DNA of 63,918 nt, filler included, from Trichomonas gallinae (Eukaryota): NCBI GenBank assembly GCA_008369845.1. It is 6 parts of 6 records of this genome, joined end to end, with 100 filler letters (N's around TTAATTAATTAA, not from the genome) between each part and the next. Parts side by side here need not be neighbours in the genome. Positions count along the whole stretch, not along the records: positions 23,869 to 50,708 come from MRSU01001391.1; 5 more parts are not named here. One strand, 5' to 3'. Every line of letters starts with the position of its first letter. Within the stretch, counting starts at the first letter, position 1. Shown one piece after another: positions 34,391 through 44,819 of this stretch. The notes beneath the pieces are model-generated. The model had not been told where the DNA came from and did no database searches. It saw nothing but the letters and a program-made list of their open reading frames with translations. Both the position numbers and the translations under genes were made by a program.

Positions 34391-35749
34391 TTATTTTTCT
34401 TCTGTATCGTCTTGAGAAGCTCCGTTATTATAATTAACAATTTTGTCTTTGTATTCATCAATGTTCTCATGTGTTAGAATTATAAGCTGTCGCTTTGTAA
34501 CAGGCGCTCTAGTGAATGGATTTTCTTTATGGTCTTTAAGCGTGCTAATCCATGTGTTATAGTCCAGAACGTATCCATCAGGAGAAATAGCCGGAACACG
34601 GATCTTTTCGCCAGTAATATCATCAATCATATTCGGAATTGGGTTCAAAGATGCCCATCCGTCATAACGACTCATGTGTTCGTTCATAGGGATGTTGTCC
34701 TCATCCGTGAAATACACGAGAGTGACTGATTTAATCTTCGTCGCATCGACGAATTTCATAGAACAGTATCTCTGACGTTTAACGCGTCCCTGTGAGCTTG
34801 TAACGATCTTCCCATCATGGATTCTTGATTTGTGATGGATTTTGCCGCCTTCTCCCCGGACATAATTTGAATCATAAATTTCTCCGGCTTCTACGAGTTT
34901 CCTGTAGAAGTTAGAGCACTGGTATCCAACTCTTCCTGGAATCGTCAGCGAAAACAGCCCCCAGTCACCATTCATCGTCGTTGAATTTCCTCGAAATTCT
35001 TTGACACGCTTCATAAACAAGGCTTTTTCTTCGTTCGACCAGCTGCCATTGATCTGCTTCTCTCCGGGCGGCAGGTGTCTGTAATAATATGCGTTCGGGT
35101 AGTTGTCTGCCCTTAGATATGACTGTCTTCTCGCGTCACTCCAGTTTTCCCACGTCTTCGGATCGACACCTTTTGGCGGGGGTGGGATTTTGCCGTGGTG
35201 CGTCGGGTTGGACTTCGTATGGCGATGGTGAACGACTTTAACTACTTCTTCTTCGATCTGCGGGCTGAAATTCTCGTCCTCTTCTTCAGTTGCTATATAT
35301 GCGTCATCTTCATGATCATTATCTGACTCTTGTACTTCTATTTTAGGCGGAGGTTTGTGTTGAAGACGATCACGCGTGAGTTTTTGAATCATTGGTTTGA
35401 ATTTAGGATTTAAAACTTTGATTATGAACTCATCGATGTCAAAATTCGCTTCGTCAAACGCAACAATCATTTCGCAAGGAGTAGCATCCTCCCAATACAT
35501 CCTTATCGTATCAATATACTTATTAACTCGTTTAATTTTGTGTTCTAGTATGAAACTTTGATGTTTTTGCACGTAATTAGTAACACCCTGATCATCAACT
35601 TCGTTGGAAGCCTCTAGAAGTCCTTTGACTTGATCAAGATGTATGAATTTCGGATTGTCGCTGCTGTCAGAGCTTCCCAGGCTCCCGATAGGCTCATCCT
35701 CGATATGAATCCCTCCATCATGCTTATATTTGCTGACATCTTCAAGCAT
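34391..35749 (-). CDS. Myb/SANT-like domain protein with a C-terminal U-box-like domain
   Basis: SANT-like GSWSNEEKALF...WGLFSLTIPGRVGYQCSNFYR and U-box-like DDITGEKIRVPAISPDGYVLD...NPFTRAPVT. The first ATG is at 35749; the track's TTG start is unlikely in a eukaryote. Confidence 0.8.
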   Translation of the reverse strand: MLEDVSKYKHDGGIHIEDEPIGSLGSSDSSDNPKFIHLDQVKGLLEASNEVDDQGVTNYVQKHQSFILEHKIKRVNKYIDTIRMYWEDATPCEMIVAFDEANFDIDEFIIKVLNPKFKPMIQKLTRDRLQHKPPPKIEVQESDNDHEDDAYIATEEEDENFSPQIEEEVVKVVHHRHTKSNPTHHGKIPPPPKGVDPKTWENWSDARRQSYLRADNYPNAYYYRHLPPGEKQINGSWSNEEKALFMKRVKEFRGNSTTMNGDWGLFSLTIPGRVGYQCSNFYRKLVEAGEIYDSNYVRGEGGKIHHKSRIHDGKIVTSSQGRVKRQRYCSMKFVDATKIKSVTLVYFTDEDNIPMNEHMSRYDGWASLNPIPNMIDDITGEKIRVPAISPDGYVLDYNTWISTLKDHKENPFTRAPVTKRQLIILTHENIDEYKDKIVNYNNGASQDDTEEK

Positions 35750-35762
35750 GAAGTTCAGTATT

Positions 35763-35770
35763 GTCACTTT
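35763..35770 (-). promoter_or_regulatory. AAAGTGAC (M2-like) core promoter/5'UTR motif
   Basis: The motif lies ~14 nt upstream of the ATG at 35749. The same motif precedes the ATG at 56309 (56300-56307). Confidence 0.45.
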
Positions 35771-36122
35771 TCCTTCAAAAAAGGCCGCCAAAACTTGTTA
35801 TAACTAGACGAGTAAAATTTACAAGATTTTGATCTTTTAAAAAGTGACGGCATTTTTCTGAGGGACCGTTTAATATTATTTTTTGTCTTGTAAACGTCAG
35901 AAACATTTCGCCTGTCAATTTCCATGATTTAACTTCGCGTGAAATAGACAAAAACACATGCTTAGGAGTCGATATAGAACATGCTACGCTTATTACCCGT
36001 GAATTTATTAAATTACAAAAAATGATTTTTTATGAATTATAATAAAATTCGATTGCAGACACATATCTAATTCGCATTATATTAACGCCATCAAAAACTA
36101 TATATCTTCCACGAAAAATCAA

Positions 36123-36172
36123 ATAATATTGTTCATATTATATTAATATAATATTGTTCATATTATATTAAT
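36123..36172. repeat. Exact 25-bp tandem duplication
   Basis: ATAATATTGTTCATATTATATTAAT occurs twice in tandem. Confidence 0.85.
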
Positions 36173-36299
36173 CAAAATATTATTCACGATTTCAAGACTT
36201 TTTTCAATAACTCATGATTTAAATTTCATATCAGATACATTTTTGTTATATTTAAAAATATAATTTTTGTTTGCAATAAAAAACGAAATTAATTGAAGT

Positions 36300-39200
36300 T
36301 TACTCAGTGTTGAGTTGATCGACAATCTTCTTTTGTTGTCTGAGGTAAAGTCTGCACTTGATGATATCTGATTCGAGCTTGAGCAACTTCATCAAGAGTT
36401 CCTTCGGTGGCTGGTGAGCAGGCTGCTTAGCCTTCCTCTCTGCTGCGAGTCTCTTGCGCTCTTCTGCAGCTGCCTTGCGGCGTGCTGCTTCTTCTTCACG
36501 ACGGCGAAGGGCCTCTGCACGTTCTGCGCGAGCCTTCTTTGCAGCTTCTGCAGCTTCGATGAGTTTCTTAGCGATTCCGATGACACCTGTGAGTGTTTCG
36601 CTGTGTGCGACAAGTTCACCACGCTGTGCCTTGAATGCTGTCTTGAATTCTTCAGCTGTCTGAATGACCAGCTTGCATGACTCGATGAGCATGTCTTCGC
36701 TCTCTTCTTTCTCTGCGATTGGAACAATTGAGTCGACAACAGATTGAAGCTTTTGTGCGCCGGATGTTGCAGATGTCTTCAAGTTGTCCTGTGTGCCGTT
36801 GATATCCTGTTGATGGTCACGAAGGTACATGATGATCTTTGCGATTGTCGAAGCGAGTGTGCTTGTGACTTCGCCGAGAGATGACCCGTACTCGCGTTGT
36901 ACAGATGGAGCGAACTTGGAAATCTCTTCGCCCTTCTCTGATGTCTGCTGCTGGATGGCGAAGAATGGCTTTGCGAGGTCACCGATTGCACGTCGGGCCA
37001 AGTCTTCTTCGGCGCTCTTAGCATTGGAAACTTCGATAGCGTGATCAACGACCTCGTTGATGTTCTGTATGATGTGTGTGGATTCTGTGATTGTTGTCTC
37101 CAAGTTCGCCTTCCAGCCTGTCTCGACCATCAAGAAGGCCTTGACGCCCTTAGTGATATCGTTGACAGTGAGGACGACGTTGTTGGCGAGAGCTGTAAGG
37201 TTGGACTGGTCACCGACGTCGATGCAGGCAGCTGATGCCTTGAGGACGGTGGTGACAAGATCCTTCGCGCGTTCGTGGAACCTCGCTGTTGCTTCAACGA
37301 GCTGATCGTTCGTGACTTCTGTGTCGTCCGCAAGAGCTTTGTTGATGAAGTCGATTTGTTCCTGGTATGCCTTGTATGTCTCTGGCAATTGCTTCGAGAC
37401 AGCCTCGATTGTCACGTTGTCCGCTGGGACGACTGGAATTGTGAACCTGACAGGGAGCTTCTTCGCTGACTCTGGGTCCTTCTTCTTCTCGACAACATCG
37501 CTCATCTGCTTGGTGTCTGTGAAAGCGGTGAAAGCAGCCTTGAAGAAAGCAATCGAAAGGTTAAGTGCATCCTTGACATCAGTGAACTTCTCCATGGTTG
37601 GATTAAGAGCCTTGTAGGCAGCAATTTCTTGCTCGGAGTGTGGCTTGAAGTCGTCGTTGATTTCTGTCTTAAGGTTTGCCTCCATCAACTTCTTGGAAGA
37701 AGACTCAACTGATGAAACTGGCGAATTGAAGTTTGAAGCAAGTGGGAAGACGAGCTTCTTGTAGAGTTGTTGGTATCTGCCTGATGCGACAGCGTAAAGA
37801 AGTTCGCCGGCCTGCTTGATCATATTCGAGCAAGCAATGCCGAACCCGAAGCGGGACTTTGTTAACTCTGTTGTAGATGGCTGAGACTCCTGAAGTGTGC
37901 AGTCTTCGAGTACATATGAGAAGTCGGAGATAAGTCTTGCAATTGATCTGAGGGCAGACTTGTGAGCGTCCTGGTTGTTGATGTTGTTGAGGACAGTCAA
38001 AACATTCGGCCAAAGCTGGTTCGCTGTCTGGATATAGAACTCGAAGATTGCTGGAGAAACGAACTGGAACTGCTTGAATACATCGCCGGCTATGTACTGT
38101 GCCTCTGCACATAACCTGACGAGGTTCCTGCCGTCCAATGTTGGGTTCTTTCCGAAGACAGTCCTGAGTGCTCTGAACTCGTCGATTGTGTCGAGCATTG
38201 CAGCCTCGATGTTGGAGATCGATGTTGTTGGCTTCTTCGCCGTCTTGATCTCCTTCTCTTCTGTAGCTGAGTACCACTCGATGAAGTTGTCGAACTTGGC
38301 TGCGTTCTTTGAGTCTGCACCTTCCTTGACTTCCTTGATCATCGCTGCGAGCTCTGGGACCTGGTTGTCGCCTTCGATAGCGAAGATACACTTGCCGGCA
38401 AGCTCGGCAAGCTTGCTCCAGTTTTGTGCAAGGATGAACTCGAACAATGCTGGAATCTGGGACTGAACATTGACGTACTCGACTTTCTCTTCCTCCTCCT
38501 TGACTTCTTCCTCTTCTTCCTTGACTTCCTCTTCTTCGTCGGCTTCGATTTCGCCTGTGGCAGTAGCGAATGATGCGAAGGCCTTGTCGAGAAGAACAAT
38601 GCCGTCCTTGAGAGATAAAGCGCTGTTGCCCTTTGAGATGGCGAGAGCAGCTTCATCTGCGGCGAGTATGGCTGCGTCGAGGAGCTTGATTCCCTCTGCG
38701 TACTTCTTAGTGTCAACGCCTGTTTCTGTGGCAGTGTGGAGGTTGAATGCTATTGTCTTCGCGATAGACCTCAATGCCTCGAACTCTTCTATGTCGTTTT
38801 TGCCTGTCTTGGTAGAGTTGTACATCTGGACGATGGCCTGGACGAGCATGTTGAGTGTTGCCTCCTGTCTGGCGGAAGCTGGTGATGTGAGCTGTTGCAA
38901 GAGTGGCCTGATTGGTGAAATGGAGTCGATCAAAGCCTTCAATTCCTGGTAGTCCTTGTTGTCTGCCTTCTCGTTGATCAATGCAGCAGATGCTGTGTCG
39001 AATGTCATGAACATGTTGATGAGCTTGGCTGTGAACTCAGCATCGTATGAAGCCATGATGTGTGGTTTTCTAAGATATGAGCAAGCGTTGTTTACGAAGT
39101 CTGGGAATATGTTGAGCTTCTCGCACTTATGGGCGAGCTGAGCGATGACATTGGCGAGCATTGCTTGTATCGAAGCATCAGCAGACTGAAGAGAGTCATT

Positions 39201-42200
39201 GAGTTCCTTAGCGAGGCCAGTGAACTTTTCTTCCTGGATGCGGGAAAGGACAACGAGTTGGTTGATGAGTCTCATTGGAGAATAAACGAAGGCGACGCCT
39301 GGCATGTTCTTGAGTGATGTGATCATTGACAAGTCTGCGTTCTTCAATGATTCAACGAGTTGTCTGTGGTAAACTGTTCTCATCTTTGTGTTCTTGATCT
39401 CTTCACGCATGGCTTCGATGATTTGAGCGCTCTTCAATGAAGACTGAATGATAATGTTAGAAATTCCTTCAATGCGCGCTGCATTTTCGGCCTGAACCAT
39501 TGCGAGGAATCTGCTGTATGCGTACTGCTTCTTGATATTCTTTGAGTCGTTTGCATACTTAGAGAAGTACTTGTACGTCGCTGGTGATGATTTGGCCTGG
39601 TCATCTTTGATAGTGATGAGCTCCATGGCGTTCTTGTCAGCTTCTTCGCCGGCGGGTTCGCCGTTGATAGCTGCGATGTATTTCTCGAGCAATGCTTTGA
39701 TGTCCTTGCCCTCAAATTGTGATGGCGAGAAAATCAATGTCTCTGTCTTCATGACCGGGACAGGATCCTTAGAAATGTATCCACCGATCTGGTTGTAGAG
39801 CTCATAGAGAAGTGGAGCGAAATCTGTTGGATCGATATCAGTCCTTGAATCAGCGAATCCTTTGAGCAATGCCTCATAAAGCTTATTCGCCAATGCCTGA
39901 ATTTCGTGAGGTTTCATAGTATCAACGTTCGACGGGATCTGCTCGATGGCGGCAATGAGCTCTTCGAGGAATCCCTTCGAGTCGTGGACAACTCCCTTCT
40001 TGATCGCCTCGCGCATGAGAAGAACGAGCTTCTGTGCGAGTGGATATGTGACAGCAGAGAACTCCGTGGCCTTCGCAGATGTGAGGAAGTGGGAGTCGGA
40101 AAGCTTGATGACGTTGTTGACTGTCTGCTGAACGGCCTCGCATGCATCGATGAGCTGTCTGTCTGTGAGGATTGGGCCGAGGAGCTTGATCAAGTTGATC
40201 ATGGCTTCCATTTCTGCTTCTATGCCTCTGCAGAATGATGGCAAGTTCTTTTCGAGCTGTTCGCGGGACATATTGAGAACTGAAGCGTTCGTCTGATAGA
40301 ACTGCGAGACTTGTCTGACGAGTGTCGTAATTCTGATGCTATCGTCGACAATTGGATGGAACTCGAGCTCTGCGAAAATATGTGCCATGTCCTCGAACAT
40401 CTTCTTGAGGGCAGCAGCGAGTTCGCCGATATCGTTGGAGTCGACTGCATGGATTGGCTCCCAGACATAGTCGATGGAAGAAGGCATAAGCATCTGCCTC
40501 ATCAAGTTGACTAAGTCGTCGAACTGCATGAGTAATCTCTTAGTAGCAACGTTCTCCTTAACTTGAGCTGACAGCTCTGGGAAGAAGTGCATGTAATAAA
40601 CAAGCTGGAGACGGATTTCTTCGATGTCCTTTGGCTTGAATTTCGAGTTCTTGAGAGATTCTTCGAGTACTTGGTGGATTGCCTTGAATATCGAAAAGAA
40701 CTTGCCGATATTCTTGTCATCGGCGGCTGTAGCAACTGGCTGAATCTTGCCTGGATATTCCTTGATGATATCGAGCAAAATAGTAATAACATGTGATAAA
40801 ACCTGCGGGCTTGGTTTCTCGCCGGATCTGATTGTATCTGTGTGCTCGATTAAATGATCTAAGACACGCTTGCGCTTCTCGTTCCACATGTCCTTGATGT
40901 CGTTTGTGCGTCCGTACATAGTTAAAAGCCATTCGTAGATTTTAGCTGTGTAGATGTTGAATGCTGTTGATGGATCTGCTTCGAACTTCATCAAGTCTTT
41001 AATGAAAACTTTGATCTCGGTGTTTTCTTTCTCAATCAAAGGATTGAGCCTTAAGTCTTGGTTTGTGCTCATGAAGTCTCTGAACTGAGCCATGAGGCCG
41101 ATAACTTCCTTCCTGTATTCGACGATGGATTCCTTTGGATAGACCTTCATGTACGGCCTGAGGTTTACTTCGACGCACTTGTCATAATATGTCCTTGCAG
41201 CGCGGAAAACGTCAGCAAGATGAAGGCAGGCAGCATTTGAGCATGTAACAGCAGAAATGTTCTCAGCATCTTCCACGATATTTGCGAGATTGATCAATAA
41301 ATTGTTGACGATAACCTTGATGTTCAAATACAATGTGTAGTTGAATGGGTTCTGCATCAAGTGAGGTCTGATCTGTGTCAGCTTGTTATAGTCCTCCTTG
41401 GCCTTGTCCATTTTGACCGAGAGCTTAGCTAAAGCGTTTTCTTGAACAGCGACTTGTGGTGTTAATGCGACGTTTGTAAGATAAGTGATGAGTTTCGCGA
41501 CGTTCATGTGTAACTGGCAGAATGCTGAAACGTGGACGCACTTCTCGTAGTCATCTCTCATTTCTGGGTTAGCCAATGTCTTTGCGATTGATGGCATCAT
41601 GACTTCGATGATGATAGGAATTGTCCTGTGATTGTCAGCCTCCAGGTATGTTCTGAGTGTGACAATGTTCTGTGTGATGTTGTGGAGTTTCTGGTGGATG
41701 TTGAAGAGCATGCCACCGTCTGTTGGAGACTTAGCGAGGACTTTGTTCCACTCCAAGAACTGGTCGCGAGAGTCTGACATCTTGTTGATCCAAGCGTCAC
41801 CGAAAACGCTCTGCTGGTCCTTCATTGCTGTGACCAAAGCTGTGAGGGACTCTGAGAATGTCCTGACTCTTGTCGCTGAAATGTTCATCGGAGAAAGAGA
41901 GTAAAGGAATGAGTCGATTGAGTTCAAGAAGTAGTTAAGTTGCTGGATGATTTCTTGCTGAATGTTTGGACCGAGTTTGACGCAGTATTCGATGATTTCC
42001 AAGAAGTAGCGTCTGGAGACGTTGATGGCTTGAATCATGACGAATCTCAAAGCGTCATTTGTTGGCTGATTGATTACATCGTTCATGACCTTCAAAGCGA
42101 CTGTTTGTGTGTTTTCGAATTCCGATGACGCTCTTCTGATTAATTCCATGAGCTTCGGATCTGCCTGGATGTTCGACAAGTTCATCAGCTGTGTGAAATA

Positions 42201-44438
42201 CTTGACGGCATCTTGGAGAGCGTTAAGGGCCTGGTGGCGGAGATATAATGTGCCTGGGAAGAATTTGATACCAACGGTTTCTCCTGGATTGACGAAACAG
42301 ATCAAACCGAGCCATGTGAAGTTCAACACTCTTCTGAAGTGTAGATGGAAAGTGTTAAGAAGCTCTGGTGGCATCTTGTAGGCCTTGAAAGCTGTCTGTA
42401 AGTATGGATAGATTTCTCTGTATGTCAAAATCAAGTCGTTGAGGTTTCCTTTGATGTCGCATGTGTTTGATTCGAGCTCTTGCCAGAATTTGTAAGTCTT
42501 ATTTGCGAATTTCGACAAAACTGGGAAAAGCTTGAGAATGTTGACTTCAGCATTAAGGAGATCGAGTCTGATGTCGAACAAGGCACCCATCAAACGGTAA
42601 ATGGCTTCAACGAGAGCAGATAAGTAAACTGCACCTCTTGGAAGTTGTGCAAATTCCTCTTTCGTTGCTGGCGGTGGCTCCTTCATCTGCTTCTGGATTT
42701 CTTTGCATTTCTCAACAACTGTTGGAATTTGGTCGACAATTGACTGATATCCTTGGATAACGTTCTTTCTGATATCTGTGATACCTAATTTCATTGTATC
42801 ATTCTGCTTAATCGTGACGAAGAGCATTTGGATGCTTTTGACGATGGAATCAATTTCTTTTGAAATATCTCCAGCATGGAAGCCATCGTTGATAGCGTTG
42901 ACGTAGAATAACGCGCACTCGACTGAGTATGAGGCATCCTTGATTGTCATCTTGAATGAATTGTCGATCTGAGCTTGAATTGATGTCGCAATATTCTCAA
43001 GACGCTGAATTGTGCCTTGGACATCGTAATAATCGAGATTATACTTTGGAAGATATGTATTGATTCTTTTGGCGAACTCTTCATCATCAATGAGAAACGA
43101 AACATTCGAAATTTCATCAAATGAGCTGTAATCGTCGCGCTTGAGCTGCTCTGGCTCTGTTTCGATACGGAGACGATCAGATGAGATTTCATTTTCTCTG
43201 TTGAGGATTTCTGACTGAAGAAATTCATCAATAACTTCATTTGCTTGTTGAATTGTTGTAACTTCTGGTACGACCTTCTGTTTCCTGCGGATCTTCCTCA
43301 TGTTCATCTTATTCTTGATGAATTTATAATATAATTTGTTGATATCGATAATATACGAATGAATGTGGTTAAGTTTGCTTGGCTTAACTGTAAAGTGGCA
43401 GTAGTTTTCCACGTTCGTTTTCTGGTCAACATAACGGATATCAATAATGTTTGCGTGATATCCGAATTCTTTGATCGAAGAGGAGTGAATATTGAAAAGA
43501 TTCTGTGTGTTTCCCCTCTCACAAATGCGGAGACCACGAGAAATGCAGTATAAATCAACCTTCTTCTTTTGATATTTATTATCGGTTAAACTTGCGCTGT
43601 ACATTTCTTCTCCAAAGCCGCGGATTTCACGAACAGTCTTGATGAACTGAATCATGGCAGGAAGTCTGTCCATAGCAGCGCTTTGCATGATGTATTTCTT
43701 AATCTTGTTGGCCATAAGTGAAGATTCGCGGAATTGCTTAGGTACATATTCCTTAAATTTCTCAGAGATCAAATCTATGTTGAGGTCTTTGAGATTTTGC
43801 GTTTGTCCGTAGAGAATTAATTTTGCGAGCTCAAAAGCTTGATCTTCTGTAACATTAATCGAAGAGTGTGTGTAGTTGTATCTGCAGTCTCTGAAGACGT
43901 GAATGCAGCTATCCATATCTTCATAATCGTAAGAGAAAATTAAGAAATATCTGCGTCTGAAGTAAAAATGCTTAACGAAAGTCGTTTGAATAGCAATGCA
44001 TTTGTTAGAATCGAGTGGGAACTTATATCCTTCTTCATTGTAATACCAGAGTGAATATTGGTCTGGTTGGCAATAAAGTTGAATATCGTCAGCGATATGT
44101 TGCAAAACATCCTCAACAGGAATCGTAAGATCGATTTTTACCTTGACTGACTCCTCTTCATCGCGCGAAATCTTTGCGCGAACTCTATCGCGTTGCGGAA
44201 TTAATTTTCCTCCAGGTCTAGCGTAAAATTCAAGAGGTTTTTCGAGGTCGCAAATCACATTGTTTTGGAATCCTATATAAACCAATAAATTATAATCTTT
44301 CGTGTCGGTATATTCTAATCGATTCATAACTTGCTTTAAAATTTCGGCACAAGACAACGAGCCATCGAGAGAGGCCGCTTCTGGCTCTTCTGTGTCGAAA
44401 TTCTTGCTGAGCATCAGATTAATCATGTTTGTTGTCAT
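36300..44438 (-). CDS. Talin-like protein: F0-F1-F2-F3 FERM head plus long helical-bundle rod (2712 aa)
   Basis: DLEKPLEFY (F0); VKVKIDLTIPVEDVL...DQYSL and FYFRRRYF (F1); VTEDQAFELA and FIKTVREIRGFG (F2/F3). About 2200 aa of amphipathic helices follow, ending in a helix (LLKLESDIIKCRLYLRQQKK) like the talin dimerisation helix. Confidence 0.8.
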   Translation of the reverse strand: MTTNMINLMLSKNFDTEEPEAASLDGSLSCAEILKQVMNRLEYTDTKDYNLLVYIGFQNNVICDLEKPLEFYARPGGKLIPQRDRVRAKISRDEEESVKVKIDLTIPVEDVLQHIADDIQLYCQPDQYSLWYYNEEGYKFPLDSNKCIAIQTTFVKHFYFRRRYFLIFSYDYEDMDSCIHVFRDCRYNYTHSSINVTEDQAFELAKLILYGQTQNLKDLNIDLISEKFKEYVPKQFRESSLMANKIKKYIMQSAAMDRLPAMIQFIKTVREIRGFGEEMYSASLTDNKYQKKKVDLYCISRGLRICERGNTQNLFNIHSSSIKEFGYHANIIDIRYVDQKTNVENYCHFTVKPSKLNHIHSYIIDINKLYYKFIKNKMNMRKIRRKQKVVPEVTTIQQANEVIDEFLQSEILNRENEISSDRLRIETEPEQLKRDDYSSFDEISNVSFLIDDEEFAKRINTYLPKYNLDYYDVQGTIQRLENIATSIQAQIDNSFKMTIKDASYSVECALFYVNAINDGFHAGDISKEIDSIVKSIQMLFVTIKQNDTMKLGITDIRKNVIQGYQSIVDQIPTVVEKCKEIQKQMKEPPPATKEEFAQLPRGAVYLSALVEAIYRLMGALFDIRLDLLNAEVNILKLFPVLSKFANKTYKFWQELESNTCDIKGNLNDLILTYREIYPYLQTAFKAYKMPPELLNTFHLHFRRVLNFTWLGLICFVNPGETVGIKFFPGTLYLRHQALNALQDAVKYFTQLMNLSNIQADPKLMELIRRASSEFENTQTVALKVMNDVINQPTNDALRFVMIQAINVSRRYFLEIIEYCVKLGPNIQQEIIQQLNYFLNSIDSFLYSLSPMNISATRVRTFSESLTALVTAMKDQQSVFGDAWINKMSDSRDQFLEWNKVLAKSPTDGGMLFNIHQKLHNITQNIVTLRTYLEADNHRTIPIIIEVMMPSIAKTLANPEMRDDYEKCVHVSAFCQLHMNVAKLITYLTNVALTPQVAVQENALAKLSVKMDKAKEDYNKLTQIRPHLMQNPFNYTLYLNIKVIVNNLLINLANIVEDAENISAVTCSNAACLHLADVFRAARTYYDKCVEVNLRPYMKVYPKESIVEYRKEVIGLMAQFRDFMSTNQDLRLNPLIEKENTEIKVFIKDLMKFEADPSTAFNIYTAKIYEWLLTMYGRTNDIKDMWNEKRKRVLDHLIEHTDTIRSGEKPSPQVLSHVITILLDIIKEYPGKIQPVATAADDKNIGKFFSIFKAIHQVLEESLKNSKFKPKDIEEIRLQLVYYMHFFPELSAQVKENVATKRLLMQFDDLVNLMRQMLMPSSIDYVWEPIHAVDSNDIGELAAALKKMFEDMAHIFAELEFHPIVDDSIRITTLVRQVSQFYQTNASVLNMSREQLEKNLPSFCRGIEAEMEAMINLIKLLGPILTDRQLIDACEAVQQTVNNVIKLSDSHFLTSAKATEFSAVTYPLAQKLVLLMREAIKKGVVHDSKGFLEELIAAIEQIPSNVDTMKPHEIQALANKLYEALLKGFADSRTDIDPTDFAPLLYELYNQIGGYISKDPVPVMKTETLIFSPSQFEGKDIKALLEKYIAAINGEPAGEEADKNAMELITIKDDQAKSSPATYKYFSKYANDSKNIKKQYAYSRFLAMVQAENAARIEGISNIIIQSSLKSAQIIEAMREEIKNTKMRTVYHRQLVESLKNADLSMITSLKNMPGVAFVYSPMRLINQLVVLSRIQEEKFTGLAKELNDSLQSADASIQAMLANVIAQLAHKCEKLNIFPDFVNNACSYLRKPHIMASYDAEFTAKLINMFMTFDTASAALINEKADNKDYQELKALIDSISPIRPLLQQLTSPASARQEATLNMLVQAIVQMYNSTKTGKNDIEEFEALRSIAKTIAFNLHTATETGVDTKKYAEGIKLLDAAILAADEAALAISKGNSALSLKDGIVLLDKAFASFATATGEIEADEEEEVKEEEEEVKEEEEKVEYVNVQSQIPALFEFILAQNWSKLAELAGKCIFAIEGDNQVPELAAMIKEVKEGADSKNAAKFDNFIEWYSATEEKEIKTAKKPTTSISNIEAAMLDTIDEFRALRTVFGKNPTLDGRNLVRLCAEAQYIAGDVFKQFQFVSPAIFEFYIQTANQLWPNVLTVLNNINNQDAHKSALRSIARLISDFSYVLEDCTLQESQPSTTELTKSRFGFGIACSNMIKQAGELLYAVASGRYQQLYKKLVFPLASNFNSPVSSVESSSKKLMEANLKTEINDDFKPHSEQEIAAYKALNPTMEKFTDVKDALNLSIAFFKAAFTAFTDTKQMSDVVEKKKDPESAKKLPVRFTIPVVPADNVTIEAVSKQLPETYKAYQEQIDFINKALADDTEVTNDQLVEATARFHERAKDLVTTVLKASAACIDVGDQSNLTALANNVVLTVNDITKGVKAFLMVETGWKANLETTITESTHIIQNINEVVDHAIEVSNAKSAEEDLARRAIGDLAKPFFAIQQQTSEKGEEISKFAPSVQREYGSSLGEVTSTLASTIAKIIMYLRDHQQDINGTQDNLKTSATSGAQKLQSVVDSIVPIAEKEESEDMLIESCKLVIQTAEEFKTAFKAQRGELVAHSETLTGVIGIAKKLIEAAEAAKKARAERAEALRRREEEAARRKAAAEERKRLAAERKAKQPAHQPPKELLMKLLKLESDIIKCRLYLRQQKKIVDQLNTE

Positions 44439-44514
44439 CAGCAGAAAATCTTTTTAATTTTTTTATTGCAGAATTTCTGACAAAAGTGAGCTGTCAGAAA
44501 AAGAGGTATTGTCA

Positions 44515-44819
44515 AATTGTCAGAAAATGTCAGAAAATCAAATTTATCAGTTAAGCTTATTTTAGATTATTTTCAGCTCATTTTATTCATGTATGTGCTC
44601 TCACTCACAATGGATGCAAGAATCTCACTTATTCATTGTACTTTTACTGATTGAAATCTCCCATTAAAGTCTTTTTCTTGATATGGACCACACTTATAAG
44701 TTTTTGACACTTTTTAATTTACATGTCATTTTCATAAAAATGATAATGTCAGAAAAGTGAAAGTGTCAGAAAATGTCAAAAATCACAAATGTCAGTAAAG
44801 CTTATTTTAGATTATTTTT
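44515..44819. repeat. Duplicated ~55-bp TGTCAGAAAA-rich module upstream of the talin-like gene
   Basis: TGTCAGAAAATGTCA(G/A)AAAATCA...TCAGT(T/A)AAGCTTATTTTAGATTATTTT at ~44518-44573 and ~44764-44819. Confidence 0.75.

Noticed and set aside
36392..43558. Many overlapping or antisense ORFs within the talin-like gene (similar ones occur in the cathepsin L, Sec6 and OSBP genes)
   Set aside because: They are shadow ORFs caused by GC3-rich codon bias and carry no domain signal.
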